Assembly (NCBI GenBank): GCA_012295275.1
Contig: CM022665.1
Coordinates: 44,516,001-44,580,000, forward strand
DNA length: 64,000 nucleotides
Reading direction: 5' to 3'
Origin: Chrysomallon squamiferum
Taxonomy: Eukaryota > Animalia > Mollusca
Part shown: piece after piece, positions 1 through 10,259 of the stretch
Layout of the letters: each line of letters begins with the position of its first letter
Position numbering within the stretch: position 1 is the first letter of the stretch
Notes under the pieces: generated by a model
What the model saw: only the letters and a program-made list of their open reading frames with translations
Told to the model about the DNA's origin: nothing
The model's database searches: none
Program-made: the position numbers and the translations under genes

Positions 1-311
1 TAAAAAATGAATATAAATGATCAAAATTATTATAAAATATATGAAATGTATGTGGATTGGGTTTTTTGGTTTTTTTGTCTTTTAATTTTTAATTTTAAAA
101 ACTAACTAAAAGTTTTTTTTTTTTTTGAAAAGTTATATTTCTTATAAATCATATTACAAAAAAAAAATAAAATACATAACATTTCCATTAATAATAACAA
201 ATCTTTTGAGCAACACGTTTTGTTTTAAATTATAGAAAAATTATCACAGCATATTTTTTAAAATAAAAATATTTTGAATTTAACATCATTTTCAACTCGT
301 TATTTTAACAG

Positions 312-540
312 ACACGTTCTTCTAAGTGCTGGTCCCGGGTTTTCTGAGCCGATGTGGCAGATAAGTGGCAAAGCTCTCCAGCGAGCAATGGACGCAACCA
401 CATTCAGTCTGCGGCAGCTGATGACGCTGTTCCACGTCAACTCCGACAACTTCTACGGCGACATTGGGCAAGTGAAAGTGGCCACGAGAAAGGGCTGTAC
501 GATTATGGAATGTCTCAGACTGCGACAGCTTGCTCAACAG
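312..540 (+). CDS. ARFGEF3: ARFGEF3/BIG3 internal coding exon (first visible; gene begins upstream of window)
   Basis: ttttaacAG|312 and 540|GTagag; encodes HVLLSAGPGFSEPMWQI...FYGDIGQVKVA...LRQLAQQ, resembling the recalled BIG3 C-terminal region; ends phase 0, matching the next exon. Confidence 0.88.
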
Positions 541-932
541 GTAGAGAAATTAAAGTGAAGTTTAGATATGGAAGTGTTCTCAACACTGAATTAGTTAGTT
601 TTTAATAATGAAGTTTAAATGGAATGCAGGAAATGATTTTGTGGATGTTGTTAAATTATTTTAATTGAAATTTTTATTATTTTAGCTGAAATTCTGTGTA
701 ACAGAGAAATAAATTAAATTTTTTTTTTTTTTTAATTTCAGACTCTACAGTAGTATTATTTTAGTATTAAATTGTATCTGCTGCTTTATAATAATAATAA
801 CAATAACAACAACAATAATAATAATTATTATTATTATTATTATTATTAAAATTTATTGTTATTTATTATTTATTATTATTATTATTATTGTTGTCATTGT
901 TATTGTTATTGTTATTACTATTAGTATTGTTG

Positions 933-987
<55 letters not shown>

Positions 988-1166
988 GTTCCACAGATTC
1001 TGTTTTAGACAACAAACCCCCCCCCACCAAAACAAACTAAAACATATCTTTGATATAAAACAGAACTTCAAATGATCTTGGAAAGTATTTAAAATACCTG
1101 TTTCGAAAACTTTTTTTTTTTTTTACAAACAACCTGTCTTTGTCTAATTGTTTCTGCTTATTACAG

Positions 1167-1300
1167 GTGTTTTTATTGGAAAACCAGGTGTCCAGTATGC
1201 CTCAGGTACAGTTTGACTTGGAGGAAGGACAGTCTTATGTGTTTCTGTTATACCCTCAAAACCACAAAGACAGCCTAAACCCAGACCACATAGTAACAAG
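1167..1300 (+). CDS. ARFGEF3: ARFGEF3/BIG3 coding exon
   Basis: ttacAG|1167, 1300|GTagag; VFLLENQVSSMPQVQFDLEEGQSYVFLLYPQNHKDSLNPDHIVT+AG; spliced AQQ|VFLL matches recalled human AQQVFML; ends phase 2. Not in ORF track (too short). Confidence 0.88.
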
Positions 1301-1659
1301 GTAGAGTGGAGTTATTCTAACGTGGTTCTTACAAAAAGAGCCTAAATTCAGATAATTAAATTATAGATGTAACAACTATAATAATTAAAAAAAAAAAAAA
1401 TATTAAAAATTAAAAATATATTTTCAGTTTAAATTCAGTGATTATGGAAACTTTCCAGTGACAAATATTTTGAATGTATTTGTCCAGGGTTTTCGTTTTA
1501 GCAGATAATGTGAATTTAAATTGATTATAGTAATGGTTTAGTTGTATTTTTCAATATGCAAATATTTTGGTGTGTTGATGAAAGAGGATTTACTTTTATA
1601 TCTTTTTTCTTTCTTTCTTTCAAAAACATATATAAGTATTTATCTGAAACAGTCATAAA

Positions 1660-1927
1660 CCTGTGTAACAAATAATTACTTTTTCATAGGATTCTGTTTA
1701 AAAATATAATGATAGGCATCTTATATAGGGAAAGAGCATTTTCTTTTTACTTGTTATATTTTATTATTATTATTATTTATTATTTATTTTTTATTTTTTT
1801 TAACAAACATGAAGCTACTAGTATTTTAAAAATAAATACTTCTTTGCAAGATTCTGTTTAAGAACATAGTGATAGGCATGTTGTCCCATCAGTTTCTTAC
1901 ATTTACTTGTATATACTTTTTTATATA

Positions 1928-1958
<31 letters not shown>

Positions 1959-2178
1959 GTGAAGCTACTAGCATTTAAAAAATAAGTACTTCTTTGCAGG
2001 ATTCCTTTTAAAAATACAGTGATAGGCATGCTTTCATACCAGTTTCTTACATTTATTTATATATTTTTAAAAATATTTTTTATTATTATTATAATATTTA
2101 TTCTTAACAAACAAATATTTATTTGCAGGATTCCGTTTAAAAACATAGTGATAGGCATGCTTTCACACCAGTTACTGT
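1660..2178 (+). repeat. Tandem array (130-160 bp unit) containing acceptor plus 5' end of exon 2129-2259
   Basis: GATT(C/T)xxTTTAAxAAxAxAxTGATAGGCAT follows junction-equivalent positions 1689, 1849, 1999 and the real junction at 2128. Confidence 0.9.
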
Positions 2179-2259
2179 TGCAGACTGTTGGTTGTTTGTT
2201 GCTGGATACAACAGAGACAAAAACAGATCAAGATTCTGACAAAGAACATAAAATGACAG
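2129..2259 (+). CDS. ARFGEF3: ARFGEF3/BIG3 coding exon
   Basis: atttgcAG|2129, 2259|GTgaga; (R)IPFKNIVIGMLSHQLLLQTVGCLLLD resembles recalled human VSFREIVVSLLSHQVLLQNLYDILL; phase 2 in, phase 1 out. Confidence 0.9.
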
Positions 2260-2619
2260 GTGAGAAATCTGTTAATTTATTATAAAACACTTTTAGCACA
2301 GATTTTTTGGCCAGATATATTACAGTGTAGTCGATACTGTTGTTGAAATTGTTTGAACTGAATTTTGATGGATTCTTTTTGGTTTGTCTAATCTTAGTTA
2401 CTGAATGTATCATTGAGATACTGATAAATTAGCAGAAAGATTATGCAAAGACATTTACATCAAAAATCTGATTTAATATTCTTCATTTAATGATTTTAGT
2501 CATTGAAATGCTGACTTGGTCTTACTAAGATAATTATAAAATATTATTTAGCCTTCTAATATTTTAAATAACTAGAAATTTTAATTTATATATGTATATA
2601 GATATACATGTAAATATAC

Positions 2620-3420
2620 ACAAGTGCATAAATCTTAATCTTTCTGCTAAATATTAATTATTTAAATTATTTTTTATTTAAAGGGATATTGCCATACATG
2701 TAACAAGCAATGTGATGTTGTTAATAAACACACAGACACAAATGCAATCACAATATTTCTACTAAATATTATATTTTTTTATTTTAATTAAAGGTTTTAT
2801 GCCATACCTGTCGATTTGCAATGTGATGTTATTAATGAACACACAGACACAAATACAACAATCATAATCATTTTATTAATATTAATTATTTAAATTTGTT
2901 TTTTGATTTAAACGTTTTTTGCCATACATGTTGACTTGCAGTGTAATGTTATTCTGAATTCTCACACATACATGCACACACATTTTTACATATACTTAAA
3001 CATAAACACACCCAAACACAGTAACCATGATAGTTGCTAAATGTTCTGCTACATATTGATTATCTAAATTATTTATTTAAAGGGATATTGCCATACATGT
3101 TGAATTGCAGTGTGATGTTGTTGATGAATACTCACAAACACACATATATACATACTTAAACATAAACACATTATCTTTGCTAAATATTAATTATTTAAAT
3201 TATTTAAATTATTTATTTAAAGGACTGTTGCTGTACATGTCAACTCGCAACGTGATGCTGTTGAGAATACTCACATGCACACACATGCACACTCACACAC
3301 ACATATATACATACATAAACACATGATCTTTGCTAAATATTAATTATCTAAATTATTTTATTATTTCAAGGGCTGTTGCCATACATGTCGACTCGCAACG
3401 TGATGCTGTTGATGAACACG
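2620..3420 (+). repeat. Tandem array (110-170 bp unit) containing acceptor plus 5' end of exon 3371-3958
   Basis: Variants of tttaaag|ggctgttgccatacatgtcgactcgcaacgtgatgctgtt at junction-equivalents 2683, 2793, 2913, 3082, 3222 and real 3370. Confidence 0.9.
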
Positions 3421-3958
3421 CTGCAGCGAGCGTACAGCCTCGCCTGCGACTTCGACTCTCGTCCCGGACTCAAGTTCCTCATCCAGAAAGTGGGCGGGCT
3501 GGAAGTCGCAGCCAACATGTACAAACTGGCTGGGGCCAGCACCATCTTCTTCGTGCACACCCTGGTGGAGATCTGCTCCAGTCTGACAGGACTGACGATT
3601 GAGAGGACCCGGTCCCTTCTGTCTAACCCAGAAACCGACACCGAGAACACCGACTGGAAGGCAAAAGGCAGGAACTCGCGGGACCGAATTTCGTCCAATC
3701 AGATTGTGTTTCTGAACTTGCTGCAGAGCACCTGTTTGGACCTTTGCCAGAAGTACGTGGATATTTTGCTGGATAAAGACGATTACGCCAGGTTCGATGA
3801 TATGGCCGATCATTCTTTGTTTTTCCTCATCGCCCAGCCTGAAGAGGTGGGGCATAACAGCAACAAGCTGAAAAATGAGGCAGAGTCTGCACAGATGAGT
3901 GAAGCTCAGCAAGATGGGTTCGTTACCATAGAGACCGTTGTCACTCAGAATAGCAAAG
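3371..3958 (+). CDS. ARFGEF3: ARFGEF3/BIG3 coding exon
   Basis: tttcaAG|3371, 3958|GTaggt (alternative in-phase donor after 3964); LLPYMSTRNVMLLMNTLQRAYSLACDFDSRPGLKFLIQKVGGLEVAANMY carries the (D/E)FDxRPGLKxLxxKV...AANxY motif recalled for BIG3; GC-rich codon usage. Confidence 0.93.
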
Positions 3959-3974
3959 GTAGGTGTAAGTATTT

Positions 3975-4975
3975 GTGAGATTTTAATACATATTCAGTAC
4001 AGTTTTTAACTCGAAACACTCATTTTTTTATGTATAATGTATTTTATGATTATTTATAAATTAAACACATTTTAATATGTCTGACAATACAGTTCAGTAG
4101 TTGAAACACTCATTTTTTATGTATAATGTTATTTTATGATTATTTATAAATTAAACACATTTTAATATGTCTGACAATACAGTTCAGTAGTTGAAACACT
4201 CATTTTTTATGTATAATGTATTTATGATTATTTATAAATTAAACACATTTTAATAAGTATACAGTACAGTTTTTAACTCGAAACACTCATTTTTTTATGT
4301 ATAATGTATTTTATGATTATTTATAAATTAAACACATTTTAATATGTATACAGTACAGTTCAGTAGTTGAAACACTCATTTTTTATGTATAATGTATTTA
4401 TGATTATTTATAAATTAAACACATTTTAATAAACATATACAGTACAGTTCTATAGTTGAAACACTCATTTTTTATGTATAATGTGTTTTAGGATTATTTA
4501 CAAATTAAACACATTTTAATATACGTATACAGTACAGTTCTGTAGTTGAAACACTCATTTTTTTATATTTATAATGTGTTTTATGATTATTTATAAATTA
4601 AACACATTTTAATAAATGTATACAGTACAGTTCTGTAGTTGAAACACTCATTTTTTTATGTATAATGTATTTATGATTATTTATAAATGAAACACATTTT
4701 AATATGTCTGACAATACAGTTCAGTAGTTGAAACACTCATTTTTTATGTATAATGTATTTATGATTATTTATAAATTAAACACATTTTAATACATATACA
4801 GTACAGTTCTGTAGTCGAAACACTCATTTTTTATGTATGATGTATTTTTTAATTATTTACAAATTTACGCATTTTAATATGTCTAACATTCAGTACTTGA
4901 AACACTCATTTTTTTATGTATAACGAATTTTTAAATTATTTTACAAATTAAACTCGTTTTTAGTTCCAGTTGAAG
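3975..4975 (+). repeat. About 120-bp minisatellite, about 8 copies, filling the intron
   Basis: Unit ttataaattaaacacattttaata...cagttc(a/t)gtagttgaaacactcattttttatgtataatg; last unit merges into the acceptor aaattaaactcgtttttag|ttccagttgaag. Confidence 0.92.
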
Positions 4976-5274
4976 AAGCTTCATCTACTGCGTCAGAACA
5001 ACCCAGAGAGCAGACGGCAACTGAGGCTGAACCGCCTTCCCCATCCCGCAGTAAGAGGGAGTTGAGGGAAGAGGAGGGAAGCAAGATCTACACGGTGGCC
5101 TCGGACAAGGTCATTCAGAACCTGATGCAGGAATACAAGCGCCGGAAGCAGCAGAAGTCCATGCCTTCCTTCGTGAAGATGACCAAGAGGAACAGGATGA
5201 ACGCGCAGAAGAGCAGTCAGAAGGAGGATGTGGACAAAGACATTGACAAGCAGCAGAAGTCATCCATTCTCAAG
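4964..5274 (+). CDS. ARFGEF3: ARFGEF3/BIG3 penultimate coding exon
   Basis: tttttAG|4964 (alternative in-phase ttccAG|4970), 5274|GTgaga; KIYTVASDKVIQNLMQEYKRRKQQ resembles recalled human KVYTMAADKTISKLMTEYKKRKQQ; phase 1 in, phase 0 out. Confidence 0.9.
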
Positions 5275-5779
5275 GTGAGAGATGAGGATAGTATTTTTGT
5301 TGTTGTTGTTATGTGTGGGTTGAAGTGTTGAGTTGTGATGTTAGAGATGGGTCCTTTGGTTTGCTGTTTTATTTATTACGTAATTTTAATCTGAAAATAT
5401 TTGAAGATAGTAGGATATAGATAAGCAGCGGAAATAGTTTTTTTCTCAAGTAAGTAATAAATAAGCAATTACACAATAGTAATAATAAATATTAAAAAAA
5501 AAAACTTAAAATATACAACTGCCCATAACATTCTTGAAAATTCTTGAAATCACCAGTATAAATGAGTGTATTCTGATTTAAATATCTGTTTTTAAGAGAA
5601 AAGCCATGGCACAGATAACAAAATGGTCTCAGAATAGACCATTCCTGCTGCTTTTCAGTATTTTGATTCTTAGCTACAAAGGTCATATTCCTTTTAGATT
5701 AAGACTGTGTAGTGTTTTATTAAATTCTCTTTAGATTACAGTTCTGTAATATTTGTTTGTTGTATTCATACAACATTCC

Positions 5780-6710
5780 CAGAAAAGTCTTGAAATCACC
5801 AGTATAAGTTATAATTATATTAATTTAAATGTTTGGTTTAATAGGACAGTGAGGCTCACATACTGTCATTTTCTGAGAATATACTATTTCTGCTGCTTTT
5901 CAGTATCATATCAACAAATTTCCCACAAAAACTGGTAATTCTTGATTGTCAAAATATCAACAATTTTCCCACAAAAACTGGTAATTCTTGATTGTCACCA
6001 ATATAATTATATTAATTTAAAAAAAAAATTTCAGGACAGTGAGACACACATAGTGTCATTTTCTGAGAAAATACTATTTCTGCTACTTTTCAGTATCATA
6101 TCAACAATTTTCCCACAAAAACTGATAATTCTTGATTGTCAAAATATCAACCAATTCCCACAAAAACTGATAATTCTTGATTGTCAACCAATATAATTAT
6201 ATTAATTTTAAAAAATTTCAGGACAGTGAGACCCACATACTGTCATTTTCTGAGAATATACTATTTCTGCTGCTTTTCAGTATCATATCAACAAATTCCC
6301 ACAAAAACTGGTAATTCTTGATTGTCAAAATATCAACAAATTCCCACAAAAAACTGATAATTCTTGATTGTCAACCAATATAATTATATTAATTTAAAAA
6401 AATTTCAGAACAGTGAGGCCCACATACTGTCATTTTCTGCAGCTTTTCAGTATCATATCAACAAATTCCCACAAAAACTGGTAATTCTTTGATTGTCACC
6501 AATATAATTATATTAATTTTTTTTTAAATTTCAGGACAGTGAAGCCCACATACTGTCATTTTCTGAAAATATACTATTTCTGTTGCTTTTCAGTATCTAA
6601 TCAACAAATTCTCACAAAAACTGGTAATTCTTGATTGTCACCAATATAATACTATACATTTTTAAACATTTCAGGACAGTGAAGCCCATGTACTGTCGTG
6701 GTCTGAGATG
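5780..6710 (+). repeat. Tandem array (125-190 bp unit) containing acceptor plus 5' end of terminal exon
   Basis: AG|(g/a)acagtga(g/a)..cacatactgtcattttctg at 5844, 6034, 6221, 6408, 6534 and real 6674; internal subrepeat tcaacaaattcccacaaaaactggtaattcttgattgtc. Confidence 0.92.
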
Positions 6711-6911
6711 CTGGGCACTGTTCTCAGTCTCTTCCTTGGTCTGGATGACAATCAGTTCCGTGCTCTGCTTCCAGCAGTCTTCAACTGCGTCAACCAGCTC
6801 ATCTGTTACGCAGACGACCCCAAACTGAAGGACATCCTGGGTCAGTGGTTCCATCGACTTGGCAAGCTGTATGAGTTCTGTCCCAAAGAAAATACAGCCA
6901 CAACCCAGTAA
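6675..6911 (+). CDS. ARFGEF3: ARFGEF3/BIG3 terminal coding exon
   Basis: tttcAG|6675; DSEAHVLSWSEMLGTVLSLFLGLDDNQFRALLPAVFNCVNQLICY...QWFHRLGKLYEF resembles recalled human C-terminus DAEAQIQAWTNMV...FTALQPAVFPCISQLTC...EWLGRVGRVYD; TAA at 6909-6911. Confidence 0.93.
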   Translation, partial: DSEAHVLSWSEMLGTVLSLFLGLDDNQFRALLPAVFNCVNQLICYADDPKLKDILGQWFHRLGKLYEFCPKENTATTQ

Positions 6912-8214
6912 CAGTGTTTTTTTTAAAAGTCTATTTGTAATGAAAACAGTTCTGTGTTTGATAATAAAAAAAAAGTTTTTATTTCTTGTTTTCAGCATCA
7001 GGTATTGAGATATCGGGGTTACGTTACAATGTGATGCTAATATATTACAGTTTATTGTCTATAATTTTAAATGTTATATCTATATAATTTTGAAAGATAA
7101 TATTTTTTGTTGATGCAGTATGATGAATATTTCTGTTACAAATAATTACATGTTTTGTAACATAAGAATTCCAGAGCGTTGGACATTTCCAATTGCATGA
7201 AATACCAGTAAGTTATTTTATTTTGTTACACATTACTTCATATTGCAGCACTTTGTGCTACCTATTGTTATGAATTTTGTTAAATATATTTCAGTATAAT
7301 GCCTTTATTGCTACATAACTTATTTTTTTTTCTTTGCTTTAAAATACCATTCTGTTACTTATCATTCCAGTTGTTGCACTAGAACATATAATTCTGTTTT
7401 GTGAAGGAATATTTCTGTTCTTGTGTAAACTTTGCATTTACATTTGTGAATTGTTAATTAATCCAATTCTTTACACATTTTATTGTGCATCATATCGTTA
7501 TATTATTTACAACTTCTCATTGTTAATATATTTATTTTCGAATATTTTATTTTCATTTAAAATACACATTTCCAGATTCAGTAATGTTTAGCTCTAATTT
7601 ATATTAGATGTGCAAGTCTTAGAATTTTGGACTTTAAATTTGAATTTTTTATAAATACTTTTATTTGTTGGTTCTTTTTATTCTGTATCATTTTCTAGAT
7701 ATTGCACAGGTCATTTTTATTTAATCATATTTCTTTTTCATGTTCATAAATATGAATAGAAATTTATTTCTTAAAAATAAGGATATTAAAATGATCGTGC
7801 TTAATGAAATATTGTAAAAGCTACAGAGTGGGGATTTTTTCTTGAAAAAATAAATTGACAAGTCATTGTTTAATAAAGTATATTTTTGTACATTATAAAA
7901 GATATATTTTCATTAAGATATGCCAAAACCATTTTAAGATATATTTTACTGTAATAACATTTTTTTTTTTTTTTTTTATTGTATTTCTTATTTAAGAATA
8001 AATTTAACACATTGTATCTTCCATAAATTAATCATGTACAGTGTTTGTCAAATTTATCACAGATTTTTGTCGAATAATTGTGTTTTGCTTGTTGCTTGAT
8101 GTAATAAATCACATCACTGTCACAGATATTTTATAATTCACCATCAGCAACATAAATAAAATGTGATGATCCAGTGGTATCTTCAAATTTTGAATAGAAT
8201 CACGATTGGATACA

Positions 8215-8400
8215 CAAATCCATATATCTCAAATAAAATGATGGTTAGATCAAAATACATTATTACATGTGTAATCCATATATCTTAAGTAAAATGAAAG
8301 TTAGACTCTTAAAAACATTATTACATGTTTAATACATATATCTTGAATAAAACAAAAGTTAGATACACTAAACATAATCACACATATATAATCCAATAAA
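8215..8400. repeat. Degenerate ~60-bp tandem repeat, 3 copies
   Basis: atccatatatct..ataaaat..aagttaga...acattattacat recurs three times. Confidence 0.7.
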
Positions 8401-10116
8401 ATTGAAATTCTTAGCCTCTTCAATATCAAGGTGGGTATCACTATCAAAGTGTAAAATTTTTAAATGGTAAATATACTGAACTAATGAAAATGTTATTCTG
8501 TAGTCCAGATAGTTTTATAGTTAATTTTACTGCTGATTTTTTGAAAATGTTATTACACATTACATTCTTTCATGATTAATTTGTGACTGTTAAAGCTGAA
8601 AGTACTAGATAATTCAGAATCATGACACTTAATGCTGAAGGTGTTCAAGATATTAAATACACTGTGTAGGTAAAGGTAACAAAAACAGTTAAAACATGAC
8701 TATAGATTTACCTTATATTGTTTTGTATTCTATGACCTCATTTAATATTACATGTATATTCTCTTTTTGAGGTTTTGTTGAATGGTATGTTACAAATACT
8801 GACATATTTAAATGGTTGAATGAATGATGTTTAATGAACACCCACCATAATGAAAAGATAAGCTGATATGGTGTTTTATGATGTTGAAATATTCTAGGAC
8901 ATTAAATCATTGCTTGGTAATATATATATACATTTTTTTAATTTTTTTTATTGCTAACTAAAAAGTGAGAATAAATAGTTATTTTTAATCTGAGAAAGCG
9001 TTAAGTTTAGAAATAAAATTATTTAGATGATGTGAATTAAATTATTAGAGATTAACAATTACAAAAATTAAATATTGTTTGCTTTTTATTTAAAAAATCA
9101 ATAAGTAAATAAATAAATTAATTATACCAAAAAAAAAGAAAAAAAAGAAAGAAAAAAGATATAAATTATAATACAGGTGAAAGTATGTGTCTATATATAT
9201 ATATACTCTGTCATCATACTGTTGGATATAGCTGGTAGTTGACACTGTATTAATATTACAATGTATTTATTTGTTAAATTACTTTGGTAATATTTAAGAA
9301 CTAAAGTATTTTATTGGATCTGTCATAATATTTCATTTCTGTGATATTTAGTGACATCTATCACATGTTTTATTTTGTTTTAACTATGGTGTTTGTTTAT
9401 GTAATGTGAAGAATGCTTTTAAATATTTCTACGCTCAATTTTGGAATGATTTATATTCTAATATACAATTTCATTGTGGTTATCTGGATGAATGTTTTCT
9501 TTGGTCTTTTTCATTATTTTATTTTGGAACAATCTTTCTATAGATGTTATATACAATATGACCAAAAAAAATTAAAAATGTTATTTTTCAATTGTCTTTA
9601 TGAAATCTTCTATTAATATTAGAAACAGATGTATGTGTAGTGTAGTAGAACCCTGATATTAAGACAACATGGGTTTTCATAAACTTAGTTTTAAAAAAAG
9701 GGGTGATGGATGCATTTAACACCAAATATTTATATTTTTTAGCAATCTTTTAAAAAAAAAAGGGCTTTATAACATTATACCAGGGATTTCTGTTAACTGA
9801 GGTTTCACTGTATTTGTGTTGAGTTCCAGAAACTGATATATGTTGTAAATTGGAAATGTAATCTGTACATGGTGGTATAATCAGCCAGAAAACTTGTTTT
9901 CCTTTTTTTCTTTTTTTTTTTTTTTTTTTATATTGTTCTAGTTAATATTAAAATGTTTGATGGTAAACAAAATTCAAGTTTATAGTCTAGATGTAGATTT
10001 TAATAAAATTTTAAATATATTTGATTTGATATGCATTACCAAAGATTGGTGAATTCATTTTTCAAAATCTATTTTTTATTATTATTTATTTTACATATTT
10101 TACATAACTTTAAATA

Positions 10117-10147
<31 letters not shown>

Positions 10148-10203
10148 ATTATTATTACTATTATTATTATTACTATTATTATTTATTATTATTATTATTA
10201 TTA

Positions 10204-10259
<56 letters not shown>

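Noticed and set aside
3330-3912. ORFs 3361..3912(-), 3366..3698(-), 3330..3602(+), and similar ones over other exons (322..537, 6612..6998, 16434..16772, 24395..24631)
   Set aside because: Shadow frames of GC-rich real coding exons; no independent motifs.
3975-4975. Regularly spaced repeats as a CRISPR-like array (also 12905-13355, 29035-29420), especially given a Cas4-like fold nearby
   Set aside because: Whole units repeat with no unique spacers; eukaryotic intronic context.
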